DNA of 64,000 nt from assembly GCF_001194135.2 (NCBI RefSeq), contig NC_068981.1, forward strand, positions 71,570,360-71,634,359. Direction: 5' to 3'. Origin of the DNA: Octopus bimaculoides (Eukaryota). The notes below the pieces were generated by a model. It searched no databases. It was not told the DNA's origin and saw only the letters and a program-made list of their open reading frames with translations. Positions 25,414 through 38,859 of this stretch are shown here, in pieces. The stretch's first letter is position 1. Each line of letters starts with the position of its first letter. A program made the translations under genes and the position numbers.

Positions 25414-25925
25414 ACAGATATTTGTTCTCATCTTGTTTGTTGCTAACACAACGTTTCAGCTGATATACCCTCTAGCCTTCGTCAGGTGTCTTGGGGAAAT
25501 TTCGAACCTGAGTTCTCATTCCTAAGGTATTTTGAGGGCGCAGCATGTTTCACCTTTGTATAACCTACCACAGCTGCATGGGATGGAGTACATGCAGTCT
25601 TTGGTCATATTCTCTTCTCTTGGTGGTTTTACTCAAAGGAGATATTTGTGAAGTGTATTAATCTTGAATACTGTCCTGATGTCATATGGGCCGCATATCT
25701 TTTATATCTTCATGGAGAGGCCTTTCACATAGGGTAGACAGACTGTGGACAGTTTATTGGTTTCATCCCCATTTTTCTTCATAATTGGAGTGAATAGTAT
25801 GTTTTTAGGGTAGTTGTTGCTTAATAGATTATTGAGCTTGATCATTTCTTCATGGTGTGCATCATGATCGCTACTTAAATTCTTCGCTCAGCTTTCCTCG
25901 CTAGGCTATGAGATGATACTTTTCA
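25414..25925 (-). mobile_element. Penelope-like element fragment: RT C-terminus/linker, start of GIY-YIG endonuclease, and terminal repeat with hammerhead
   Basis: Minus translation AKNLSSDHDAHHEEMIKLNNLLSNNYPKNI...VCLPYVKGLSMKI*KICGPYDIRTVFK...VKPPREENMTKDCMYSIPCSCGRLYKGET; the LPY and VYxIxC..C...YxGET motifs are PLE/GIY-YIG hallmarks. In-frame stops are present. Confidence 0.88.
25445..25490 (-). ncRNA. Minimal type I hammerhead ribozyme of the Penelope terminal repeat
   Basis: Minus strand reads GACAC CTGACGA A GGCT agagggtatatc AGCT GAAA CGTT GTGTT: stem I GACAC/GUGUU, core CUGACGA, 4-bp stem II, GAAA, palindromic stem III AACGUU, predicted cleavage after GUU. Confidence 0.75.
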
Positions 25926-27800
25926 ATATACTTGCACTAATTTGACACTTCCTCAAGTAAAGATATAGTTCAATCTGAAAGCCTGACCATTGCAAGAAAT
26001 AGATAAAACTAATTTTTGACTAGAAGATTCCATTGGCAACTGTTGTGATATCAACTTGTTGAAGAACTTTTTTCCCCCAAGTAAAAAAGTTTTCTGATAG
26101 TTGTATTGTCTCAATATTGCAGCGACATGCTAAGAAGTCAGACTCAACAAGCGTGCGAATGATAGTCCAGTGTCAGTTATTGATGAAACTACCCCATTAC
26201 TCAACAACGATCCAGAAAGTACTGAGTAGATTAAACATTTAAGGCACCATTGAATGCTTTGAAATCATTATTAGAAGGCAGTGTATTACAGATGATAAAG
26301 TTCTCATCAGAGACAATCATTCTATAGCTTCCAATTTTCTGTCATATTTAAGCCATCACAAATAATCAAGAAATCATAGTTGCATTGCTTCCATTGCATT
26401 GCTCCCACTTAAAGGAATTATGTTAGCTTCTTATAATTGAAATATAATGAATGAACAATGTAATTACTCCATAAACTCAATTTGACATTCAACACATTTA
26501 ATATTTGGCGTTTCCAAACATTTGAAATTTCCCTTCACCTTCTTAGCATTAATTTTTAAGTAATTGTATATAAATGAAACAAAAATACAGGGAGAAGAGA
26601 GAGCAAAACTGAGGTAAACAAGATAAAATTGGAAACTATTCAGAGATTGTGAGGCAGACAAAACATGTACATTACACATTGAATGTTATTTACTAGATAC
26701 TGCACTTTATAACACCTTTAAAAAGAAATGATTAGGTGTGAGGACTTGACTTAATGACTCAATTAGCAAAGAGCCAAAGTGAAGGTTTCTTTTGGCCAAT
26801 CAAGACAATATATAGTAATTAACTATTGCTCAATAGAAAGTTGAACATTAGGTTGAGCAAACTTCCTGAATAATAATAGTTGGTTTCCTTACCAGAGGAC
26901 TGACAACTGGGTACTAATTGATTACATCAAAGAAATTACTGGCTGGCTATAATTCTTAGTATTGTTTTCAACCACAGACCTTAGCCAACTAGAATTTATA
27001 TCAACAAAACCTAGTGTTTTCAATTTAAACTAAAACGTTATAATTAAGTTGTTACAAAAACAGTATTATATTACAAACATAGTGGAATTAAAATTTATGT
27101 CTAAAAGTAAACTTTGAAAATAATGTAAACATTGTACTTTGTTTGTTTGTTTATAATTAACTTACAAACCCATGCTCAGTAAAATATTAAAACAATATTT
27201 GACTAAACTGTATTTTTTTAACTGTCAAATTTAATGTTTTGGACACACATAAATATATCTGTTTGTGTGGACTGGATATGCATGCATTTGTGTTTGGCAT
27301 TGCATGTGAGTGCAAGCTCGTTACATTTCGGTGAGTGTTAAGATTCCACTATGTACTTAACAGTAAATGTAACGTCAACAAGAAATACTTCAAATTAGTT
27401 GTTCAACCTTTGCGAAATGTCCTCGTATCACACTCAAATCTTAAAAAGGGTGTTTTAAACATTGAATCTTAAAAACATGAAAAAAAGTAAGATGAGATGG
27501 TCACAGCTAGAATACTTTTGATTATTGAAGTGTGGTTCGTCAGAGCTGACTTTGGCCTAACAAAGAACTTGGTGTAGGTGTAATTTTGGCACCACAAAAC
27601 TTCAGTAGTTGTTAATAATTAGACAATACAGATGTGAGTACTTGGTACCTTTGACATTTTAACACTACTTGTAGATAGCTAGTTGTTGAAACCTTTAACA
27701 TTTCAGATTTTGATAATTAAAAAAAATTTTCATACCATTGATTTGTCACCTGTGGCATATTGGTTATTGACCCAAAATTTGTAAACATTTGCTTATCTAA

Positions 27801-28015
27801 CTCTTTGACATTTAAACTGGCCATATCCAGCCAAAGATTTTTGGCTTGTTTTATGTTCAAATTGTCCAGTTCTCGCCTGCCAGATAAGCTCTACAGTGTC
27901 ATCCTAAAAATAAATAGTTCTCACCAAAATCTCATGGCTATAAGATAATGCATGATTTATTCAAAACAAAGCGAATGAATATTACTTTCAACAGAATAAT
28001 GTGACTTCTAAAGGG
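27801..28015. mobile_element. TTAA MITE family 1 copy
   Basis: ctaa-ctctttgacatttaaactggcc...ttctaaaggg-ttaa (28016-28019). Confidence 0.7.
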
Positions 28016-28617
28016 TTAATGAGTTATAAATAGTTGCTTTTTTTTTAATATCATTATTTCACTACTTTTATTGTTTAATTAGTTGCAGGGTAAAAATGTT
28101 TTATTTTACCTGCAGAGAACATAGACATTGGCATAAACTCTAAGAACTCAAGAGTGTGTCTGCTGACCTGAATCTACCATTAAGTTACCCGTCACCTGTT
28201 GATGACAGTTATATGTCCCTACTACAACTCAGACTAGGACAAACAGCAGTTTTCTCTAACTAAACTGTCTGAAAATACCTAGCACCCTGCCTTATAGAAA
28301 AAAAAAAGGTTATTCTGGCATTGCTATTGTTACCCCCACCCAATAATAAACTGGTTTTCAACCAACTCTCCCTCCTTACTCCCATTATTTTTTTCCTTCT
28401 GTTTTTCTGTCAACCTAAATATACAAAACAGTGTTTCATTGTGGAGATCTTTTTTTCTAGATTTGGTTTCAGATTTTACCATTATTACTTTCTAGATTAT
28501 GATTTGGTTCAGTCTATTTGCAGATGGATATATGCCTGTGTTTTTATAACTAGTTTTGACATTTTTCCATTTCATTTACAGTCTACAGAAAAGTTAAAAA
28601 TATACACCCATAAAGTT

Positions 28618-28654
<37 letters not shown>

Positions 28655-28995
28655 GGTCTTTGCATACATAAAAAAAAATTCTTAATTTTACTTTAGTTTC
28701 TAAATTCTGTTCCTGTCCTCTGTGTCAGTTACTGATAAGTTGTCAAATATACATAATATATAAACTGTATTTAACTGGTTTTGATTGAAAGGTTAGAGTA
28801 GATCTGTTAATATTGCAGCTGTTAACACATTCAAGTAAATGACGCTATTATAATATTGTTCTGGAACTTTTTTCTTTCCCTTCCTCAATCACTCGGCACT
28901 ACTGAGTATATATTTTCATAATTAATCTCAGATGTTCAAAACAATTTTACAAAGAGAAAACTAAAACAATGTTCACTGTTTCTAATTCAAATTTT

Positions 28996-29051
<56 letters not shown>

Positions 29052-31170
29052 TCTTGCTCCCTCAGTTTTATTGTTCAACATAAATATGTATGTGTGTCTG
29101 TTGAAATGTAAAATGTCAACTGCTGCTTGAGATTTGTACTCTGTTGGTATTGCCGTTGTAACATATTTCTGTTTAAACGTCTTTGATAATTCAACTTTGT
29201 CAATTCACTCTGCATCTTAGTTACTTTATTCAACAACTACTCAAATCTTAAAGCTTCAAATTACAACTTTTATTTGTCTAAGTCGTAAGCTCTTCTCACC
29301 TACATTGTCTTAAGATTGCTGGTTTGCTCAGTTATTCTCAATACTTTAAATGAACTGCACATTTACTGAAGTGCTTTGAAAGCTTTTTTTTTTTTTTTTT
29401 TATAACAAGAAAAGATTGACTTTGCGTCTTGTTCTTTGCTGAATGAAATAACATGAACAGCTTAGTTTATTTCATCACCTAGTTTAATCTTTTTATTTAT
29501 ATGAAGTTTCTACTGATTAATTAATACAAAGAGCATTTAACAATTTATGCAAAACATAGAACACAAAAGATTTTCCAATTGCTACTTCATTCCTGTTGAT
29601 CATAGGACAGTGCTGCAAGAGAAGAAATGAGTTGATTAATAACTTACAAACACACTTGATATGAATTTATGGATGTCCAGCATTTAAATACTTTTTACTC
29701 TTCATTCATTCATTGACCAGAATTATACCATAACCACTCTTTCTCATCAGCAGAGTATCCCAAATTTCAGAGTGAAATGCATCTAAACATCTATTGAAAT
29801 ATTCACTTTGAGTGACAGTAAATGTTCTTAGACCGACATTACTTTTAGATATACACTGTTAGGAAATCTCTGTTCTTACTTATTCCTTCTTGCTTTGTTC
29901 TATCTTAATTAGTAATACTGAAGTTTGTTTAAAATAACTTCATCATAATCCACATTTTTATGTTTTGATTCACAAGGACTTCTTTTAATCATACTAATGA
30001 TATACTGTTTTCATACTAGTTTCTCTCCATTGTTAGTATATATTTTCCCCTGCTGTTAGTATACAATATAGTTTGTTCTCCAAATGATACTAAACACTAA
30101 TTTTACCAAATATTTTCCTCTTTGTGACTGGGAAACTGAATGCCTGATCTCTGAAGTGGGGGGGAAAAAATGCTGAAAATAGACAGGTCTATCTGTGTGT
30201 GTGTGATCATCATTTCAACATTATAACATCATTATCATTGTAATGTCTACTTTTCCATGTTTGCATGCATCAGAGAAAATTAATTAGGGCAAATTTTCTC
30301 TAATTGGATGTCCTTCCTGGTGCCAACACTTGTTTCCAAGCAAGGTAATAATCCTCCTGTCTGGGTGAATAAAACTGAGAATATGAACACTTTTTTTTTT
30401 CTTAATCTGCAGAAGTTACAAAGTGATTGAAGGGTGGAGTTTGATGCATGGCCCTTATCAAGTTCGATAAGGGCCAATTAAAAATTAAATTAATAGTAAT
30501 AGTAGTATTTTATCAGTTGAAATTAATAATTATAGGGTAAGTCTTTCAAGTAATATTTGTAATATCTGATACCTAAAATCTTAATCAGTTTATCTATTTA
30601 ATTAATTCTTAAATTTCGTGTTTCCAACACTTCTGGAACTGTTAGCGAAATGAATAACTAAATTTTTAACTTTATCTTTACTGCTCTCAGATGATAAAGT
30701 TACTAAAAATGTAAAATAACTGGGCTTCAGTTTAGTAATATAAACCAAGTGTGGAAAATTTTGTTTAAGTGCAAATCTAGCTGAATATATTTTTAAATCA
30801 ATGTTATAAGGCCATTTTGGATTTTTTTTTTTTTTTTTTTTTTCACTGCAGTCAAGCATTATAAACCTTTCCATTTTTTTTTTTTTAATATGTACAATAA
30901 CGGCTTGTTTCATGAAGTGAAACATATTTCCTGTATGAAGCATGAAAACCTAGGTTTGTTTTATCATGAAAATTAGTCAAAACTGGATCCTAGACTTACT
31001 ATCACATCCTTTTAGGACTGAATTCCACCTTACATCACTCACAAAAAGACATTGACCTTAATTCACTCACCCTATGCTAAATCAATTAAGTCATTTTGTT
31101 GTTTCCTAGAATGGTGGATCCGTCAGCTTATCACAATTATTATTATTTTTCTTTAAATACATACATATAT

Positions 31171-31545
31171 AGGCACAGCGTGGCTGTGTGCTGAGAAGCT
31201 TGCTTCGCAACCACATGGCTCCGGCTTCAGTTCTACTGCGTGACACCTTGGACAAGTGTCTTATACAATTGCCTCAAGCTGACCAAAGGCTTGTGAGTGG
31301 ATTTGGTAGACGGAAACTGAAAGAAGCTTGTCATGTATATATGTATGTATTTGTGTTTGTGCTTGCCCCCCACCATCGCTTGAGAACCGATGTTGGTGTG
31401 TTTACATCCTAACTTCACGGTTCAGTAAAAAGAGACTGATAGAATAAATAATTGGCTTACAAAGAATAAGTCCTGGGTTGATTTGTTTGACTAAAGGCGG
31501 GTGCTTCAGCATGGCTGCAGCCAAATGACTGAAACAAGTAAATGA
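31171..31545 (+). mobile_element. Full-length SINE family B
   Basis: Head gcgtggctgtgtgctgagaagcttgcttcgcaaccacatgg, B-box-like ggcttcagttctactgcg, tail gactgaaacaagtaaatgaataaa. Confidence 0.88.
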
Positions 31546-34500
31546 ATAAATGAATATATATAAGAGCATCATTATTTTACAGCTATTTTTCATGCAGGTA
31601 TGACTCAACAAATTGGAGGATGTGTTGCTCCTTGTATCATTTTTAGTATGGCTTCTGCAGCTAGATGCCCTTCTGAACACTTTCCACTTTATAAGATGTA
31701 CTAGGTTCATGTTTCATAGCACCAACACTTTATAGGTTGCCTTGCCAGCAGTATGGCTCAAGCTCTGTGTTGAATACCAACCACTTATAGAATGTACTAG
31801 ATATCCTTTGTGGTACCAGCACTGTTGGAGCTACCTTACACAAAGCAAAAGTGTGTTTTTATGATGGATGGGGCAGATTTATTGTGAGAGAATAGTAATG
31901 GAGAGAATAACAAAGGGATAAGTGTTGGGGTGGGAGTAATGGAGAGAAGGGAAGGGGAAGAGTCATGTGAAGGCGAGTGGAGGACAAGGTGAATATGGTG
32001 ATGGGGTGTGTTAAGTAAGTGGGTTCAGTGATGGATTGGGTCAGTGTAGTTGCCATACCAGAATGGGTTGGACTGTTACACAGGTTTATTGTCAAGAAAG
32101 GATGGTGGGGGAGAGACTAACAGAGACAGTGTTAGGGAAGTGGGCAATTGGAGGGTAAGTAAGAATGATAGGATGTAGGGGTTTTGAAAAGGCAAAAATG
32201 CTGTACTACCCTATATTATATATTATCTATAATATAATACACTATATTATATAGAGTGGTGCATGAAGGAGAGATAAATTAAAAATGAGGGGCCAGGACA
32301 TTTCCTCAAGTTAACATGTCCAAGACAGCGTGGTGACTGGAGAATCAGGGAGTGTAAGTTAAGGTTGCCAGAGTGCAATACTATCTTGCTACCCCACCTT
32401 TCTCTTTCCTCCCAATTCATCAGACAGGCAGACAGACACATACATTCATTCATTCTGAGCTAAATTAGTTTCTTTAATTCTTCCTTTTAATATCTTTTCA
32501 AGACTCAAATTTACTTGTATGTATAGGCAGACACATTTGCTTTTAATTTTAATTTAAAAGTTTGTCTTTTTGGTTTAAATATATTCTTATGGATATTTAG
32601 ACACAACTAGATCGGATTCAACAACTCAGATTGATTCCTTTGAAGTTGGAAAAGAAATCATTAACAAATATAATTCGTAGATAAAATTAATTGTATGATC
32701 ATTGTTATTTGGAATATTCCACTATCATGGTTATATTTTTCTTATGTTTTATGAATTTATTCTGTATAGTGCTGACTGCCCCCATTTCATAAAGGATATA
32801 TGTCACTGAGTTTTGATCAAGAGAATATTCATAATTAAGGTGTGGTCCTCTTGGATTTACCTATGGAATAATACATCAGATACAACATAAACCATTAAAA
32901 ATGCTTGATGTTATGAATAAATGAATATATAATACCCCCACAGGTGCTATATTTTTTGTTTTTATGTGACATAAAGTAGAAGGGACAAAGCTAGTCCTGC
33001 AGCTCCATGGGAAATTTTGCTTTTACATGAGAGCTACTATAGCATTAACAATTTATTAGTTCACTGTCTCCTTTAAGATGATAATTACCGTAACTCTCAT
33101 GAGGAAATTAAGGTTGCAGCTTCCTCTTAGAATTATAAATAAATCCACTTTAAATGTTTGTAAATATCTTCCCAGAGTATTTTAAACTATATAATATTAT
33201 GTGTATAAGTAAGGATGAAATGTCACTAAATCTTAGCATTGTGTATGTCAAACATACATTTTGCAGCAAAATCTTTCAAAATTGTTGTAATTTCATTGAA
33301 AGAAACATTTTTATACCATAAACTACATTTTATTTTCTTTCCTACTCCCTTCTTTAGATTACTATTTAAGTTATTGATGAAAATATTTACCAATATATTG
33401 TTTTAAAAGATAGCTTTATATCTCTTTTTGATCTTTCTTGTGTGTCATGTGAATACAAAACTAAAGTAAAATATGAAACATATGTGAAATTTTATTTCTT
33501 GGAGTCTAGTGATTCCAGTGTTTGAATTTTGGTATTAGTACTACAATGATATGATGGCTCTGATACAAAGGTACTGAACCATTGATTAAGAGTTATAACT
33601 TTTTCCTCTAGTTTGCCTGACATATTAAAAACTTCTACTACTTCACGGGATTGGTTTTTGTCTGGTGCAAACTTTAGGTTCCACTCCTACATCGCAGTTG
33701 TGGTTAATGGTAATAAGGTTATCTACTATAAAAAATTAAAAAATACTTACTCAAAGAATATAATAAAAATCTACCTATGAGTCAATAAAAGTCTCTATAA
33801 AGTTAAATCTCTCAAACCATATCCTACTTTAAGAATAGGCTTGCTGGATTGTAGATGACCTGAGGCTAAATAACAACTACTAACCATCTACCTATGCTTG
33901 TATGGGAGTGAAATGAATGTTAAAATAGCTAAAAAGAAATTTATTTATCATGCTATAAACTCAATGGGAAATGTTTTTAAGTCAGTAAATTTCTTTGATT
34001 TTTTTTTATTTGGAGCGAATCCCAACATTGGGAAAGTCTTCTCTTCATTCAATGAAGAAAACCCATATCTCTTGTAAAACCTCTCATTTTTTATTATTCT
34101 CTCTTTCTCTAAACTTCTGTCATTCTAAAATGAATTTGATGACATTTTATAATGCTGAGTTCAGAACTAGCAATCTGGTAGGGTGTGTGTTGCCACACCT
34201 GTCTGGGATTTTACTGCTGTCCTGGTACCACACAGTTAACAGGTCACCATGAAACTTCCGTTTCCTTTCACCCAATTGCGCTTTGCAAATTATAAATGTA
34301 CTTTGCTATAGTACTGATGATAATGGTGATGGTGTTATGTGATGGTGGTGGTGTTGTTGCTGCTGGTTGTTTTAGTGACAAGAACAAATGTTAAATGTAA
34401 AAGCATATGGTATTTTCATCTCAATGGGAATTAAGACAAAATGTAACAACTGATACCCTTACCCTAATTCCTGAATAACTGGGTGTTAGCTGCTGCTGTT

Positions 34501-36239
34501 GTTATTATTCATTGCATTTATGTTAGATTTTATATATATATATGAAAACACTTTTCTTCCTTATCAACATTTTAAAATGCTTATTTTTGTTTCACTTCTA
34601 TCCATTGCTCTCTTTTCCTTCCGCTTTGTCTTGTGTGCATATCTGTCTATCTGTCTTTCTCTCCCCTTTATGTACTAATTCTTCCTTCCTCCACTATTCT
34701 CTCTCTCTCTCCTATTCCCGTTTTCTCTTCCTATCTATTGCATATTCGCCTCTCATTCCTGCTGTACATTTTACAGATACCCTCTCCTCTCCCCCTCCTC
34801 TGACGCACCTTTGCATCCAGTCTTGTGCTCTACTGCGCCTTACATGCATTCTCTCATCTGTTTCTCCTCTGCACCCTTTTTTTCCCCTCTTTTAATGATC
34901 CATCAAACACTCCTTCCCCTCCCCATATACCCTCTCTTACTCTTCTTCTCCTCTGTCTCACATTTTGACAGATCCTAATTTTCTTTAGTTATCAATTTAC
35001 AAAAAAATTTCATCTGTACACATACAAAATAAATGTTAAATGTTCTCTCATTGTTTTGGGGTCCCACTTAATACTTCCTTAGATTATTTCCTAAATCTTA
35101 AACTCCATGTTGTTTTACATCATATTTATATTTTCCCATTTCATTGTTTTAAATAGTGTTTCCTTGTGATTTGGTTTTCTTTCATTTCTTTTCAATAGCG
35201 GAATAGCTGTTGCCCCATATTTGAGGCTGCCATGTATTTGAATGCAACTTTTTAATAACTCTTTAGCTGTCTCATGTTTTAATCCATATGTCATGTTAAA
35301 TTTATTGATGTTCATAATTACAGTCAACCACATCTGAACATATTGACCATTTTTTTCCTTCTCTAGGAAATCCTTTACAAGTCATAATTTGATGTATTTT
35401 GACATCACCTCACTTCAGATTTTTAGGGGCTGCAAATAAGATTGTGTGTATGTGTGTGAGAGAGAAGGGTTGGGATAGAGATCATCATCACCCAGATGCT
35501 TTTCTGCAGCAACTGTTTTCATAGCTCCTGTCTACCAATGTGCACTTATGAGGGATTGCTCAACCTGAAGTTATTGGCAGAAGGTATTTACCTTAGGTGT
35601 CTACAGTGGAATTGAACCTGGAATCACATGGTTGTGGAAAATAACTTTTTAACTGCACAGCTATACTTGCATGCATTTATATTAATTTCATGTGATAAAT
35701 TAAAATTGAGGCTTCAATAGTTCATGATATGTGTTCACCAATTATAGTTTAGATTGAAGTTTAGTTGTTTTCATTGTTTACTTGTAGGTCAATTCTGACC
35801 AAGCAGAATTATGATCAAAGACATTGTAGCTGTTTTTTTTTTATATAATTAATCTTGAACTACATTGTCTAGCATGACCTTCCTTCCTTCCTTTTTTTTT
35901 TTTTTTTTAAAGATGGTAGTGTAATTTGAGTGGGGCTGCTACATAGAGGCTCCCCGTTTAATTTGGCTGTTGAGTATTTCATATAACTGTTAAAGGAGTT
36001 CCTCTTTCCAAAACTCAAACCTCATTTGCTGTCAGGCTTTGTTTAAATTCAGTTCTTCAATGTGTTACTTAATTCAATATTGACTCTATCAGTTATAAAT
36101 TTAAGCATGTTGAGTCACCCTACCAATCTTGGAACAGCTGTTCATGCTAACCAGCCAAGAAAATGTGAATTGTAGTTTTTCTTTTCCTTCCAATATTAAT
36201 TTTGATGTTTGTTTCTCATATTCTAGTCATTAACAAGTT

Positions 36240-36860
36240 GTCATCATCATCGTTTAACGTCTGCTTTCCATGCTGGCATGGGTTGGACGGTTTGACTGAG
36301 GGCTTGCAAGCCAGAAGGCTGCACCAGGTTCCAATCTGATCTGGCAATGTTTCTACAGCTGGATACCCTTTCTAACGCCAACCACTCTGAGAGTGTAGTG
36401 GGTGCTTTTTATGTGCCATTGGTACAAGAGCCAGTCAGGTGGTACTGGCAACGACCACGCTCGAATGGTGCTTTTTATGTGCTATCGGCATGGGACCAGT
36501 CAGGCGGCACTGGCATCGACCATGCTCAAATGGTGCTTTTTATGTGCCACCAGCACGAGTGCCAATCAGGCGGTACTGTCATTGGCTATGACAACGACTT
36601 TACAAGTCTTTGCAAACACAGTTTATTGCCCAATGATTGAAGGGTACTCTTAAATGGGCTGGTTGTGCTGCACTGGCATAGGCCACGGTTACAGTCTCAC
36701 TTAGCTTGCTGAGTCTTCTCAAGCACAGCATATCTCCAAAGGTCTCAGTCATTTATCATCGCCTCGGTGAGGCCCAACGTTCAAAGGTCATGCTTCACCA
36801 CCTCATCCCAGGTCTTCCTGAGTCTACCTCTTCCACAGGTTCCCCCTACTGCTAGGGTGT
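36240..36860 (-). mobile_element. 5'-truncated RTE LINE (ORF end, 3'UTR, (GAT)n tail)
   Basis: The reverse complement encodes TCGRGRLRKTWDEVVKHDL.TLGLTEAM..D.DLWRYAVLEKT, followed by the 3'UTR with three tandem ~65-bp modules. Confidence 0.9.
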
Positions 36861-37759
36861 AAACACAAATAATATGAAGCATTGTAAGACCTAGTTTAAA
36901 CCAGAAATGAGCAACAGAGCAGAGTACTATTTTCTCAAATTAAGAACTATAAATTGTTTCTACAATGTTATCTTATTTGAGAAGAATGGAAAGCCAGGTA
37001 CTATGGTGTGATAGTCATATAGCAAACATTGGTTAGGTTCCATTGGATGTTAGTCATTTCTATCTGAGATTAGTGCTTCTGATGTCTAATGTAGTGTACA
37101 TAAAAATTTTAGTAAATTTATGATAGACACACTTTAATCCATACCAGTTTGTTATACAAATGCTAAATGATGATGATATTATGCAAGGTTTTTTCTTTCT
37201 CTGCTTCCTATATTTTATTTGAAGAGGAAACCAACTACAAACCGCATAGTAACTTAAAACTATGAGAATATGAGCATATGATTGCATAACAATAACTAGA
37301 ACTAGCTGTTTAGATTAAGCTTTTTATCTGGCTTATCTTAACTGAAATTTGCATTTATTTTAAATTAATTTGTTTCTCATTTGTTTAATCAAGTTCTCTA
37401 TTTTCAAAATTTTTATTTATTTGATAAGAAGTTGCTGGTTCACTCCACCACTACTGAGTTTCTACCTATGTGCAACTGTTCAGGTGATGATCACACATAG
37501 CAAGAAACTCAAAAGTAACAACAAGATGAATCATAAGCTTCTTATGAATAAATAAACTCTGCTATCAAGTGCTCTTTCTCATGCTTTGTATCATAAGATG
37601 TGTGGTGTGTGTGTGTGTGCATATAGGAGTGTATGTGTGTAAGGTAGTTATACGTCATCATGATTTTATGCATGGAAAAGTGGACATTAAAACAATGATG
37701 GGTCACGCAAAAGTTATTGGGGCTGATATTCTTCCTGTTACCAACCTCTCAACTTTTTC

Positions 37760-38345
37760 AGAAATGAAGCTAGTATGATCTGCTGGATGTGTAATGCCAG
37801 TGTGCATACAAGACAAAATGTAAGCTCCCTGAGAGAAATGTTGGACATAAGAGGCATCAGATGTGGTCTGCAAGAGAGACGATTGCGCTGGTATGGTCAT
37901 GTACTACGGATGGATGAGGAGAGCTGTGTGAAAAAGTGTCATTCCTTAACAGTGGAAGGAACCTGTGGAAGAGGGAGACCCAGAAAGACATGGGATGAGT
38001 TGGTGAAGCATGACCTTCGAATGTTGGGCCTCACAGAGGCAATGACGAAAGACCGAGACCTCTGGAAATAAGCTGTGATTGAGAAGACCCAGCAAGGAAA
38101 GTGAGATCACAGCTGTAGCCTACACCAGTGTCGCATAACCTGCCCATTTAAAAGTACTTTTGAATCGTCAGGCGACATTCCGTGCTCGAGGAGACCTATT
38201 GAGTCAAGTAAATCAAAATCAAATGGAAATTGTAGTTGTGGCCATTACCAGTGCTGGTTGCATGCAATAAGAACCAGTCATGCATGGGTTGCTGCCAGAA
38301 CCACCTGACTGGCTCCCCGTGCCGGTGGCACATAAAAAGCACCAT
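37760..38345 (+). mobile_element. 5'-truncated RTE LINE fragment
   Basis: ORF 37775-38071: MICWMCNASV...RRLRWYGHVLRMDEESCVKKC...GRGRPRKTWDELVKHDLRMLGLTEAMTKDRDLWK, followed by a partial 3'UTR. Confidence 0.9.
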
Positions 38346-38827
38346 CCAAATGTGGTTGATGCCTGAAACCATGTGGTTGTAAAACAAGCTTCTTAACCAC
38401 ACAGCCATATCTGTGCCTATACATATCCATGCTTACATATAGTTAATTCCTAGAAGCATTGATGTGTCATTTTGCTTAGGTTTTCCACATGCAATCCACT
38501 CATCACTCTAAATAGTATTCCTTGATGTTATATATGCTTTCTTATAAGTGGCAATAAGATGTCCACAGATTTGTTCTCAATGAACTGCATGAAGTATACT
38601 GTCTTGAAGATGTGGCTATAAAACCTGCTCTGTGTAAGCATTCAACTTGTTTGCGCACACTTACGTTAAAAAACAATTTTAGAATGACTTTTTTCTGTCA
38701 AAACACTAAAAATAACTGACCAACAAAAAAAAAAAAACCAAGATTCAACCAAATCAAAAAATAAACCCAAATACTAAGCGGCCAAAGACAAACTATCCCA
38801 CTTCCATTGCGCGCGCGCGCACACGCA

Positions 38828-38859
<32 letters not shown>

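Noticed and set aside
25925-26460. Coding-like minus-strand stretch upstream of the Penelope fragment
   Set aside because: All frames are stop-rich and I could not match any to PLE RT or another family; left unassigned.
36401-36598. Regularly spaced repeats with hairpins that superficially resemble a CRISPR array
   Set aside because: Units are contiguous with no unique spacers, lie in an RTE 3'UTR, and there are no cas genes in this eukaryotic context.
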